DNA of 63,923 nt, the filler included, from Choristocarpus tenellus KU-1152 (Eukaryota; Protista; Phaeophyceae): assembly GCA_964200185.2 (NCBI GenBank). It is 10 parts of 10 records of this genome, joined end to end, with 100 filler letters (N's around TTAATTAATTAA, not from the genome) between each part and the next. Parts side by side here need not be neighbours in the genome. Positions count along the whole stretch, not along the records: positions 1 to 15,102 come from CAXNAD020001060.1; 9 more parts are not named here. One strand, given 5' to 3'. This document shows, in pieces, positions 1 to 12,780 of this stretch. Every line of letters starts with the position of its first letter. The stretch's first letter is position 1. The notes beneath the pieces were generated by a model. That model saw nothing but the letters and a program-made list of their open reading frames with translations, was not told where the DNA came from and ran no database searches. Position numbers and translations under genes: made by a program.

Positions 1-44
1 CACTCTGGTGTAGACCCCCTCCCCCCCCCTCTGATACTTGGGTC
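1..44. mobile_element. Terminal fragment of G-run TIR element (MITE family B)
   Basis: CACTCTGGTGTAGACCCCCT...CCCTCTGATACTTGGGTC matches the right end of the full copy at 40987-41166. Confidence 0.7.
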
Positions 45-1244
45 TGGATGATGAAAATAACAAAAAGGACTCCAGGTCAGCTTCAATCATCCCTTTTAAA
101 ACAGCCTTTGATCTTGAACTTAACATTGAGTCGAGCTTTGAGCTGCACACTGAGTGGAGTATCGAGAGAAGGCTGCCCGACACCCCCAAAAAAATGTTAC
201 CAAGGACAACGCCCCCATAGTGTCATTTGAAGGTCGTTGAATTTGAGTTGTACATCCTGTGGAGGTGATTTCTGGAGCGTGCATGTAACAGCCTCCCTAT
301 CCTGGAGTTGCCACTGGACTTACAGAGAGAGGAGAGAATCGACATTTTCTACATACACTGTATTCTCCAGAATATACTTCTCACATACAATGGATTAGAT
401 CGGTTGGAGCAAGGGGTGCACTGCAGATGGCCTGGATGACACTTATGCCACTGACCCTTTCAAGGACCATGGTGGTATGTGGGGAGAGGGGGGAAGTGGA
501 ACTGCTGAAACTGTGAAGTGGAGGAGGATTGTCATTCTAAGAAGGAGAAGCTCGCTATAGAAACGTGTGTGGACAGCGGAAATGGCTCTAGGGTTCAACT
601 ACCCCCACCGACACTGGAATGTCCTGGGGTCCTGGGGGTGTTGCGAGGGTTTAGGGATTGTTTATAGGGGTAGGTTGAAGGAGGATGTCGGGAGGAGTAG
701 CAGGTGTCTTGTTCCTCCCTAAGCTTGGTTCTTGGATTACTGTGTGCCTTGCAATAAACAAAAAATAAATAAATAATAAGCTAAGAACGAAGTGTCTGAA
801 GACACCTCCTCAAGTGTCAGTAAGTACCGTCATTGGGACACAGCTTGACTCAGGATGGCTGAGTAGGCTGTCGTGGCGTGCAATAAAGTGTTATCCCCAT
901 GTTCGAACGAGACTAGGGTTATAAAGAAAATCAGATTTCAGGTAAAATGAGTTTTGTGTCGGTGTATTCATTATTTTGAATTGCTGTAGTGATGCACCAC
1001 ACAAATGCCTAGCCCTTCCCCTTCTCCTTTTCTGAACACTACCGCCCCAATCCCACCTCCTCAGAGTATGAAAGGTGGCACCTGCAGGAGCTCAACTGGT
1101 AAAACCTCGCTTGGGGTGAGTGCCTTGCACGACATAGTACCAAATATAGCCAAAAAAATGCTGGGGTTGGCGATTTTGAGGCCAATTAGAGATCGTCATC
1201 AACCTGATATTCAGGGGATTAGTATATAATATATACTAATAATA

Positions 1245-1341
1245 CACGAATTGTGTAATTCTGTGGTGGCGTGATTCACTCAGGCAAGGGTGGTGAAGAG
1301 AATCGCGTGAACCACGCTACCACAGAATCACAAGATTCACA
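1245..1341. mobile_element. Internally deleted TIR element (family C), about 34-bp imperfect inverted ends
   Basis: Left end GAATTGTGTAATTCTGTGGTGGCGTGATTCAC; right end GTGAACCACGCTACCACAGAATCACAAGATTCAC. Related sequence at 22685-22756, 43214-43585 and 43900-44130 (minus). Confidence 0.65.
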
Positions 1342-1572
1342 TTGTTACGGTTTAATTCGACGGTTTATCATCTCGTTCCCCAAAGGATTACTCTGCGAAA
1401 ATCCTAGTGGGTGAATTTGACTTCTAATCTGTAAAGAAAAAATACAAATGTAATATATTAGAGAATAGAGGATAATTTGAGATGGGTAGGACTTTGGGTA
1501 GGAGAGTTGGGCTCGTTGGTACAAATCAATGAGTTGATCTTCATCTCTATACCCCCCCCCCAAAGAGCTTTA

Positions 1573-1832
1573 GAGCCAAAGTATCTCAGAGGGTACAGCC
1601 ACGTCCATTTGGAGGCCAAAATCCAAAGTTGCGATTTCGATGTAATTTTGACTATCTTGTTTCTTGGGAAGTGTCAATATTCTTGTTCTGGACACACCTT
1701 TTCATGACATACACATTTTACCTACTGCACAAACATTTTTGGAGCAGGAAAATGCCATAAAAAATCCATGAGAAGCCAAGCCCCAAACGGACAAACAGGG
1801 CAAAACTCGTACCCTCCAAGATACTTTCACAC
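1573..1832 (+). mobile_element. 260-bp Sola2-like MITE (family A), TSD TTTA
   Basis: Starts GAGCCAAAGTATCTCAGAGGGGTA and ends TACCCTCCAAGATACTTTCACAC. TTTA flanks both sides (1569-1572, 1833-1836). Homologous along its length to 3709-3967. Confidence 0.85.
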
Positions 1833-2009
1833 TTTACATATATGAGGCATCCGCAAGTCTACCGTATACGCTCGATAGTGGAAAACTAGGCTACTATGGC
1901 TGCAACCTTCCGCGTCACACCTTTCTCTCTCTGTAAAAAAAATAACACATGGCAACCTTTACCACGATTTTCAGCTGGCCATCCAAAAAGGGCGCATTCT
2001 CTCACCGAA

Positions 2010-2260
2010 ATATGGACCAGGCTAGACGGATCACGCAGACAAAGACAAAATGTGACCGAGAGGACGAGGTGGTCATTTGACAAGTGCAAGACTGAAAGGA
2101 CTTGAAGGAAAAAATGCGGAACTGAGGAAGTGGGGAGGATCACAATTCGGATGAGTTTCAGAAAATATACCCTTCAGAGATGGGAGATTCGCCTTCAGAA
2201 AAACATGCTCAAAAAGAGATGTTACGGAAGACACGGAAAGTCTATCCCTCCGAATATCCT
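2010..2260 (+). repeat. Internal segment of family C dispersed repeat
   Basis: Colinear with 43345-43585; shared GACAAGTGCAAGACTGAAAGGACT, GAACTGAGGAAGTGGG and CCCTTCAGAGAT. Confidence 0.75.
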
Positions 2261-3708
2261 CCACACAGTTGAACCGAAGTCCGCAGAAAACAATCTCAAT
2301 CGGTTTAGTGGTATATGGCATAATATAACCTGCGCTGTTGTTTTCATGCAACTGAGTGTTGATCATCGTATATCACTTGTATCGCAATGCCAGATCACAA
2401 ACGCTAGTCAGACCGTTTATTGGCATCGTATAGCGTTTGCTCTTCATATCCCTATTCTGAGTATCCTTTGTTCATACAATATAACAGAGACCTACATGCT
2501 GGCCACATATACCTCTCACCTCATATTTAGGCTGATTGATATGCTGATCCCATACTCTCAGACCTCTTAAGCTTGATTGGTATGCTGACCACATACGGTC
2601 AACCATAGGCTAATGTTATCCTGATCATATATGCATTAATGCCTCGTTTATATATTACACTCCATTTCGTATTAATGGAGTTTTGCAATAAAATTGTGTA
2701 AAATCATACTAATAGTCATGTTCCAGCACGCTCCAGAGCTTACCTCCCCACAGGATGTATAGCTCCAATCCACAGGCCTATAAATGACGCTGATGCTCGT
2801 ACAAGGCTCCAGGATACTACGACAGTCAACAGATCCAACGCACAAGTCGTTAAGTATGCTGGATCTCTCACTTGGATTATTCCCTTCATAAGTATCATCA
2901 ATATCATTATATAAAAGGAATTGGCAACGACCTTCCACCTAAAATTGATAATGAATAAATAATAAATAAATTGTAGTCAAGAAGTACAAATATATCAAAT
3001 CTAGGACTTCGAGGTCATGATGGTGTTTTTGAAGCCACCATCAAGACATATCGCCTGTAACAATCATACATTTTTGCCCATTTTTCTCCCAGAGCTCACT
3101 TTTTGGTGGACCTTGAATCATGTTTACATGGCTTCAAGGCCAATCAGAAGGGAGGGTGATGTGGAAAGCAGCTTTGTCTGTTATTCTACTGTTATTGCCG
3201 TATGATCAATATCAACACAGCAGATGATGAGATCAAATGTGTGCACCCATTCTCCTTCCTCAATTCTGACAACGATTGGAATATTGCTCACGACGACTAC
3301 AATATTTCAGTGAACAACTCGGACGTACGATGTATGGCTTGACTCTCCAAAAGGAAAAGAGGTGACTGTATGTTCATGACATCATGTCGGGGGAATCATT
3401 CCACTCGAAAAAATATATGGCTCACCTGAAATTTCTATTACTTATCTTGAATCTTTGTTTTGATGAGGTTAGTCATTTCATGATGACCAATAAATCCATC
3501 TCATGAAAACGTGACATGATGTAATAAATAGCCACCTCTAGCGCACGGATGCTAATGTGTCCGGTGATACGGTCTCTTCACCACCCCATATGTCCACTCA
3601 TGCAAACGAGGAGAGTTGAGAGATAAAATTAATTGTATCATTAATTTATCTAAATGCCACCAACATATATGTATAGTCTATTTGCAAGGATTGATGAACC
3701 TGGTAAAC

Positions 3709-3967
3709 GAGCCAAAGTATCTTAGAGGGTAGAGCCACGTCCATTTGGGGGCCAAAATCCAATGTTGCCATTTTGATGTAATTTTGGCTATTGTGTTTGT
3801 TAGGAAGTGTCAATATCCTTGTTCTGGACACACCTTTTCATAATGTACACATTTTACCTTTTCCAATATGTTTTGGAGTAGGTGAAATGTCATTAAGAAC
3901 CCGTGGGAAGCCAAGCCCCAAATGGACAAACAGGGAAAAACTCGTACCCTCTAAGATACTTTCACTC
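3709..3967 (+). mobile_element. 259-bp Sola2-like MITE (family A), TSD AAAC
   Basis: GAG...CTC termini; perfect 18-bp inverted core AAAGTATCTTAGAGGGTA / TACCCTCTAAGATACTTT; AAAC at 3705-3708 and 3968-3971. Confidence 0.9.
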
Positions 3968-4231
3968 AAACACGAGATGTCAAGTCAGAGCTAGTCGTGA
4001 ATAGGTTAACTGACATCTGTTATCAGTTATCTAATTTCTTCACAAAGCGATAGACTATACCCATCTATGACAAAACGACACATAAACGATTTGTCTAAAC
4101 TACATGGTCAACCTATGTAAATGATCATGATATGTGGGTACCACGAGATCCGACCAAGACACAAAGTCATCAATTAAAAAACACATAAACAAAAAATTGA
4201 CGAGAATGTGTACCACACATATATTATTATG

Positions 4232-4650
4232 TCCTCTTGACATTTTGCAGACATGTCAGGAGGGAAACCAACGAAAACTATTCACATATCAGTACAAGCC
4301 CTAAAGAAGTAAAATATGTCACAACTGCGAGAAACACTAATCTATTTGTTATTTTACTATCTATGTTGTACCACTGCCTTCCTGCGCCCCCAATCTACCT
4401 ATTCCTGCCCCCCAGGGCGAGGAGCTAGGGAGGCATCCCAAGAATCCAACAAACCCCTCCGTGCCCATCTCCATGGTGACTCCGGGTTAAAACGTATGAC
4501 ACGTTCTAGACAGTGCCACTTGCGTTGTTACTGAGACTATTTGGCGTAGGCGGGATTTGACCGCTCCTTTCTTGCCATATCATCCAGTTCCTCTCCCCCC
4601 AACCAAGCATGTAGCCAGCTCATCCAGAAAACATTCCACTTGGTTGCCGA
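4232..4650. repeat. Dispersed repeat (two segments also found on contig 6), possibly SINE-like on the minus strand
   Basis: 4232-4340 matches 43598-43706 and 4340-4645 matches 44131-44432. The minus strand carries a B-box-like GCGGTCAAATCCCGCCTACGCCA. Confidence 0.6.
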
Positions 4651-4949
4651 GCCGCCAAAAACCTTCCACCATGAAGGTGTTGAGATTATAACTACGAGGA
4701 TCAAAAGATCCCTTGTAGTGGGTGCGCTTTCGCGCCTCAGCTACAGCAGCAACGACACCATTGCTGGTGGATGGATGTGCATGATGGGAGGTTGCCTGCT
4801 ATATTATATACTAATGGTATACATTCAACATATCATAGTCTCATCAGTTTCTTTCATAGCAGCACTGCTCCACGGATATTGATACATTTCTTTTGGAACC
4901 TTGCTGCATGCTAAGCATACAGTTTCTTAGATAAACCAGACAGATTATC

Positions 4950-7900
4950 CTCATTGCTAAACAATTCAATAGAGTTGGGGTTCGGATAAATTGGGCATTG
5001 CTAATCCAATTGATCCAAAAGCTGCAGGCGTGCCATGCAAGATACTCTCCTAGTTGAGCTTAAAACAACTCCCGTTCAGGAGGCCAATACACAGCAGCAG
5101 TTCAATTCAGGCAGGGGGCAGGCAGCCTTGTGCACTGTAGGGTCTTTAACTTGTTGGAAAGAAATATGGGGACCCACTGATGTGTGAACAAGAAAGGTCT
5201 TGAGTATTCAGTTGGATTTTCAAACACTGCATACATTGTGGACATCAACACAACAAATAGCCCCTGAAGTATGAGGGGTCCTGTTTCTGCAATGTTATGC
5301 CTCTTCCCACAACTGGATATTTCAAACCTTCTTTATCATGGACATTATGCACATCCCACCTCATCCAATAACAAATCACCCCCACAAGCACTGCCCCTTA
5401 CTGGAAAGTTCGGAGATTGGCATCAATAATCTCTCAGATTTGTGCCAGACCCGAAGCATAGATGGTTTGAAAAACTAAAATTATACTCACCCTTTCTTCA
5501 AGACATAAACTCTACTACTCTACAGTGCCAATATTGCGGATCAGGTAGTGTTGACAAGAATCACATCAACGATATCCAGCCACAATACACAATCAGAAAC
5601 TTTGTATCCCCTTGGAAATGCATATACTTCTAATATCGCCTTACTCATTCCTGTCTCCTGATCTGAGTACCTCGAACGAGAGAGTGGAGGTTGGGTTAAC
5701 TACCATGTTACTATATCAAGTTTCTTCATGATCGTGGAATGCCACAATGACATCAACAGTAAAAGGGGTGTACAAGGAGGAGGGGGAAGGGTGAGCACAA
5801 CAAACATATGCCACTCTAAAAAACCCAACAAATAATATATCCCATCCTACAAATATAACCAAAAGGAACTGAACATACGCCAAAATATTTATCGCTCTTT
5901 GAGTGGTGGTCAGTAAAAGCAAATGCATTGCCACTGCATATAAAAGATAGAACAGGAGGGCTAGCACAAGTTGTTGTCCTCGACGTCACTAAGACATATG
6001 GACAGTAGTAGGGAAACAAGATGAGTTGAACACAAATCAAGGTTAGAGATAGTCCGTTCCTTAGCATGTTGTGCTCCTGTTCAATGTACAAAAACAATCC
6101 ACACAGACTGAGATGACAAGGCATATTCCCATGCATGGCAAGTAGTATCTGTTCCCTGTGTGACAGGTGAAGGGGAAAACCATGGCAATTTTCCGAAAAA
6201 TAAAGTGACGTAAATGATACTGCCTGGTCTATCTCTTGTTGATAGTGACCTCATTTCGCCAATCTAGCATGACCTCTCCTAAGGCTTGTAATGCTTCGAA
6301 CATTGTTGCTGTAGGTGGTATGTCGGCTGCTTCAATGAAGATCCCCCTTAAACCCACATCTATCAATTAGCTCTGACAGGTCTCTGTTCCTACGCTCTGA
6401 CCCATTGTTCACACAAGCCAAGGGCCAGGTGCAACCTTGATCGTGTCCTTAGTACGACCTTCCAAATATACCATCACGCATGTGGGATCAGGAAGTGCAT
6501 TGTTTTGCCGCCCACTTCATACTCTCTGATGTTTCAAAGGTCTCAACTGAGGTCCTCATCATCAAAGTCATCAGAGAGTCTATCTTCTGTCCATTCCTGG
6601 TGGATGAGCTGTTTTTCTCCAGGGCTCCCCTTGTCCACACCAAACACGCCATCAACAATGTCGTGCATGGGGTTGTCAAAGCCCCTTGGAAATGCTCGCT
6701 GTGATAGACGGAATGGGAAAGTGAAGCGGTGAGCGATTTGCCATTCTATGGGTGTCTCATCATTATTGGTCATTGCCCACCCACCTCAAACAAACTTTAA
6801 AGGCGGTGAATAATAGGCCACACTGTGCCTACTTAGTACAGGCCACCTTGGAGTTGCACGAGCAATATCAAAGAACGGTGTAGCATCGCAGGAGTAAGGC
6901 CTACTCTCAACAAGAGAGCAACATTTCAAACAAAAGGTTCAAATGAGAGTCGAAGTACTCCGAAATAACTACTGATGTAAGAATTGTCGAAAATAACTCA
7001 ATTGACTGGGTAAATATGATTAGTGAAGCACATGCCCCCTAGAAAGCATTCTTCATTATCTATACACAGTGCGGCAACTCTTCGTCGCTACAAGTACTTC
7101 TCGGTAAATGATAGCGAGGGTGGTAAGGCATCGCTGACCAGTGTTCACTCCTTTGGCGATTGGTAACAGTCAGAAAGCTCACTTGGCGATCAGATGTCCC
7201 AACCCCCCGATCCCTGTCTCTTAGAGGCCCTTTTGCTCGTCTCCTACCCACGGGCACAGTATTCATCATAACACTGTCTTTGGGGAACACCGTTCTTGAG
7301 GAGCTTCACCTATCCCTGAAACATTACCAAACCAAGATTGAACAAGGGATTGGATATCATAAGATAGTCAGAGGAAGGGCACTGTTCATCGTAGCCATCA
7401 GTCAAAACACTAGTAAGGATAGCGCTTTATAGTGTTAAGGGACCTCTTCCCTCAGAGATTACCCAGTAAAGACGTACTTGCTGTAGATCGTTTCTTCCCA
7501 CGTATTGGACCTGGTACTTTCCACTTCCCTAGTTCTGGTGTCACGTCCAAGTGTTTTCCTTTTTCTGGTGTTACCCTTCCGATATTATTGTATTTTGCAT
7601 ATGACGTCATTGTTGATGGATGCGCCTTCTGTGCTGGTTTCATCGATCTAGTCATAGTCTAATTGATGTTAGTAGAAAATTGTAGTGTCTGTTGGACCTT
7701 GTAACTCAAGATGAAAGCGATGTTCGTAGTGGGGGTACTACTGAGTGTGATTGACCGCATCCAGTCGTTCGTGATTGCACCCCCTCCCACCATGCGGGTG
7801 CGTCAATCAGGCAACAACTTGACTTCAGGGATTTGCATGTCCGCAACACCCTGCGATCGCAGGTGCAAGTAGGATTTTGGACTTTGGCACCCCCTTGCTC

Positions 7901-9050
7901 ATGTACCATTCATCTTTGACGGTCCTCACTGTTTATTCTCTCGTTGCTAGGCTTGCCATTGATGGATGCTGATAAAGATGAAGCACGTCTCTGCCTCACT
8001 CATGTAAACCCAAACAATTCCCAAACTCTGGAGCAGAGCCTTTCTAGCACGTGGGGTGACTGGCGTTTTGGGACTGGGAATCGAGATTTCAGTTACCTCA
8101 ACTTCCCCCATAGTGGCGCTGGCGGACCTGGTAGACCTTTCTGCGACTGATGCGCCTGTGGAGAAGTCATCGAAGACGGAGGACACGGAGGAGGCTCGAA
8201 TTAGGCGGAAGCTGGCTGCCCAGGTGTATTCAACGATATTAACTGCCATGTGACGTTCAATTTGGTTCCTTCTTTAGACGCTCATGTCTGAATGGAGATA
8301 TCGGTCGATTAGCCACTGGGTGTAATACGATCGGGCTTGAATCGACTGCTTTGTGATACAGATACAAGCTCATGTATATGTCGACTTCCAAGAGAGAGAA
8401 CTTCGTCCACCTATGCTAGAAACACCGTTACATGCATGGGTGGGAATATGGATAATGCCTTGTCTCGACCGTCAGGTACTCCGTACTCTAACCGATGCTT
8501 CAATGCCCCTGTCTCGTTGTATGATTTCTTCTCAACCCAGGCCAAGGCGACAGGAAAGACGTCTTCTGGACGGATGACGTACCAGGTGATGCACAGCATT
8601 GGACCACCCTTTATTTGGTCTCCAAATTCCTTTCTATATACCTTGAGCAATTGATCACTGACCTTCATATCATAAGTGCGCACTGACAGGGATGCTCTAA
8701 GGGTGTTTGGAGCATTCTCATGTGCAGAACCAGTCACCTTTTTTAAAGCTTTCTGAGAGAAATGTTGGCATCACCAGAGGTAAAAATATAATCTGCCTGC
8801 CACAGTCCAAACAGGAAGCACAGAAATTTCTAGTAGACAACAAGGTGTACTGTGGCGAGCTGTCACCAAGCTGTAACCGCAATGACAGGCTGGGGCATTG
8901 GAGCAGAGACCTCCTCCCCACCTGTCAACCTACATGAATCCTCCCTGCAACAATTTAATCGAGCATGAATCAAATTCCTTGACGGCTGTACCAGGAATCC
9001 ATGGCTGCAGAAAAAAACAAGCAGAAGGACCTAAAGATGTCCAACGAGCG
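4950..9050 (-). pseudogene. Decayed coding-like tract of unknown origin (TE or endogenous viral remnant)
   Basis: A series of protein-like minus-strand frames (e.g. 8411-8737, 7947-8249, 7452-7655, 6543-6773, 6130-6340) broken by stops and frameshifts. I could not build a splice model or recognise a family. Confidence 0.35.
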
Positions 9051-11753
9051 CAGGAGGGCAACTATGTGTGAGGAGCTTGGGCGGGGATGCTGAGTTGCAG
9101 ATGTTTATTTTGAATTTTTTTTATCAGCCAACAACTGAGATAGGTCCACAGCAGGTGTTGAGTGCTAGAGTGAAAGATTCCTTTTGGAATTAAAGAATTT
9201 AGCATGCATTTAGCATCTATGCCTGTAGGTGAGGTACACTGTTCACATGGCACCGTTGTTTCGGAGTCAGATTACAGAGAATGTCGTATTGTCCATGAGT
9301 CTTGCAGTTGATAGGGCCTTTATTCCTCTGTTGATAGGGTTATCCGCACCATTCAAGGTAATTTGAAGTTGCTGCTGCTGAATAACATTGTCCAGTTCTT
9401 TTCAGCATGTACAAAGCATATGTGTCAGGGGAAAAGCTCTGTTCCTGCTATGATCTTCTTGCAAGTACAAGTTTGATCAGAAGGGCGACATGATAGTGAG
9501 ATACCTAAAAGCTCACTGCACCAAAAAATAGTTTTGACCATGATAACCACTATGGTGAATGTTCAAGGATATCTATCTACTCAACATATATTTTTTTCTT
9601 TCATTTCTGAAGTGTGATATCTCACATGTCCTTACAAATGATCCATTTTTCTATGTACAGACAGAGGAAGGCTGTAACAGAAGGCACATGTATTGCTGGC
9701 CCAAATATGAAACGAATGTGTATCTTCAAATGTATCCTATCCTGGAAACCCCCCTCTTGGACTGGAGGGGAAGCTGCATGAAATACACACAAAATATCGA
9801 GTGGTTGTCAATGTTTGCACATCATGAGTAGAGACATGATTTTGGTTGGGAAAATGATTGATCTATACATTTTATTTTAGCTCTGCCTACCATATCAGAG
9901 AGGCAGTATTAATTACACTCTTATTGGGGGTAATTTCTCACTGTAAGCAAACGCTTTGAAGTAGTTTTCTTAGTGGTGCAGATTGGATTATCAAAAAACG
10001 TTACTAACATTTTAGTATTTTTTGTTCTCCAGACATTACCGTCAGTAGTGTACTGTTAGCATTCCACTGGGCTGTACAGCCCCAACTGGTCGATTTTCTC
10101 TCCGATGCAGGTTGCTGTCCACATTATGTTGGGACAGGTTTACATTTTTCTTTCAGTATCAATCGAGTTTATGACAAGAATTAGGCGCTTATACCTCTGT
10201 AGGTGGTGCTATTAATACCTTGTCCAGAATTGTGAATAGATGAGATCGGAATGTGCCCAAGAAATGGCTTAACAACTCCGACTGTTCAGGTTACCACTCT
10301 GCCTTGAAATTTAGTGCAAAGCTAGAAAATGATCCATGCAATGTTTGAGAAGGATGATGACCCAAATATGACTGATGATATCTTGACATTCTGTGTGTCC
10401 AGCAGTCCTTCAGTTGACAGGCAGTCATAGGGACTACATGGTGATGTTAATTGCTTTGACATCGCAATGGAGGCTTGCTGAGCAAATTGCAGTCATTGAA
10501 AGGCCCCACACTGTCCGTTTTCTGCAAGGATCCCAAAGATCACCACATTGCATACGCATTTTTCATGGAGAAGAAATGCCTCACAGGAAGTGTCCCAAAC
10601 GCGTCGATTGGTAGATTGTTGATTAATTGCCCTCCACATGTGTAGACTTGCTCTGAATTGTGTAAGAGATGGAAAACAAAACTTCTGAAGGGGCAGGAGC
10701 CATGCCCACCAATATATTCAGGAGAGCTACATTTTATGTGGTAGCGGGCACAAAAGTCAGGTATAAGCACCAATCTCATTTGCTTCTGCCTTCTGTTACC
10801 TCAATTGTTGCTCTGCTATTGTGTGCTTGATTAGTTGCAATGGGACATGGCGTTCTGTAAGCACATAGTGAAATTTTGTTGGTCTCTGATATTGTGATCA
10901 CACATAGGCGGCAAAAGTCACATTTTTGAGGTCTCTACCAACTTTTAGTTTTTTTTTTTTTTGAACATGTGGAGATGAAGGGTCGACCGATGAGAAGGTT
11001 CCTCATTCTAAAATCCTTCAAAATTTGGTTACTTTTTCATGGAACGATCTATAATCGCCCAAAATATTTCCTCTTAGGATTGGGCTTCGCTCTTCCATTA
11101 TACACTAATCACACCTCAGAAAAGATAGCTCTCGCAAAACACAACTTAGTACATGTTAGAGTTGAAAAACAACCATTGGGCACAGCAAAGCATTTTACGT
11201 ACAATGGACATCATGGAGCAAATGGTCATAAGTGTTGTGGAGAGCAGGCAGAATAGACATTAAAGGGTTCAAGCATACGCAGAACAACAAAGATGTTACT
11301 CAGAAAATGTCCCCAAGCACTCTCCTGAACAACAGGCAATGTAGGCAAATGATCCCCAGGGTTGCCCAGAGCAGGGGACACTCTAGAGCAAAAAGGCCTG
11401 AGTGTTGACTGGATAATGGAAATCACACGGAAAATTGTTCTAAGCAAGGATGAAGAGGTGTATTTTTCCTTTTTTGCATTATTTCTTTTTTCTTGTTCCA
11501 AATTCCTTCCATATCGCTTTTGTTCTCTGCTTCGGAAGATGAAGCAGAAGTGTGAAAATCAAAATGATACACAGGTTGTTCGAATTGTGAATAGTGATCA
11601 ATTAAGCTACCCAAAAAATTATCTCAAGAACTGATATGACAGGAATTTCTAGAGTAAAAGGGTTTGAATGTTTGCTGGATAACGAACATTAAATATACCA
11701 ACTACCTCCTGAACGATGTTCTGGTAACGTTCTTTATAGGTCAAAACAGCCTA

Positions 11754-12027
11754 GGCCCATAGTATCCTAGAGGGGGGGGGGGTCAGGTGTCCATTCAGGG
11801 TCTGTGTGAACCATTGGTGATTTTCGTGTAATCTGAGTGAACGTGTCAGATGTAAGGGCAATTTCCTTCATCTGAACACACCTTCATTTTCCACTCCCCT
11901 GCCTGAACCAAATCTGAAGGAAAACCACCTGCAAAATGGGTGTCAAACTGGGGTACCTTACAACACCCCATCAAGCCCCAAATGGACAACTGGGGTAAAC
12001 TCCCCCCCTCTAAGATGGCATGGGCTC
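11754..12027. mobile_element. Degenerate MITE related to families A/B
   Basis: Inverted ends GGCCCATAGTATCCTAGAGGGGG and CCCCCCTCTAAGATGGCATGGGCTC; shares subterminal GTCCATT / AAGCCCCAAATGGACAA with family A. No clear TSD. Confidence 0.6.
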
Positions 12028-12751
12028 TGAGCATTGTCATGGAGAATGGACATTGTCATGGAGAATGGACATTGTGAACATGGCTGAACATGGTTGAACT
12101 TTCGAGGTTAACACTAGAACTGTGGTTACATTTGTCAAGGACCTAGGTATGAAATAAATGGATCGTCAAAACTCGTAACACTTGGAACAACTGCGGATAC
12201 ACACCATCCTTTGACCAATTGCGAGCCTTGATGCTGGAACTAATACCTGTTCTGTTTGAGGAGGGGGGCTTGACTGCAGGGGTGTTCTCTCTTGTTGACC
12301 ATGCTTATTTTTTGTTCCTCTCTTCCATGCAGGTATTTGTTGTGTATGAAGGCATTGATTATCTATTTTGTTACTTCTTTTCCTCTCCATTTTTCGGCAT
12401 TGCTGAATTCTGCATCTCTGCTTTTTGTCAGATATGTATTCTTCATTTTCTGGTCTTCTTTTCCATTACCTTTTTGATCGCTGCTCCGAGGAAGCTGTAC
12501 CCTGTTGCTTTTCCCCACAACAATGCATGCAGATTGTTTGAGTGCCATTGAATCTTGAGTGGAATTTATGTCTGATAACAATCAATCAGTAGTACTCCAT
12601 AAATCACTACTGTTTGATATAGCAAAGTGAGAGTGGGCACAACCTGAAAAAAAAAATCAAGCTATCCTGTTTATGCTACGTAGTAATATTGATGTTCTCA
12701 ATCTAGTGTGAGGACTGTCCAACCTGTGATCAGAGGCACTGCACACACTAT

Positions 12752-12780
12752 TGCTGCTGCTGCTGCTGCTGCTGCTGCTG
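12752..12780. repeat. (CTG)n/(CAG)n microsatellite
   Basis: About 9-10 TGC units. Confidence 0.9.
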
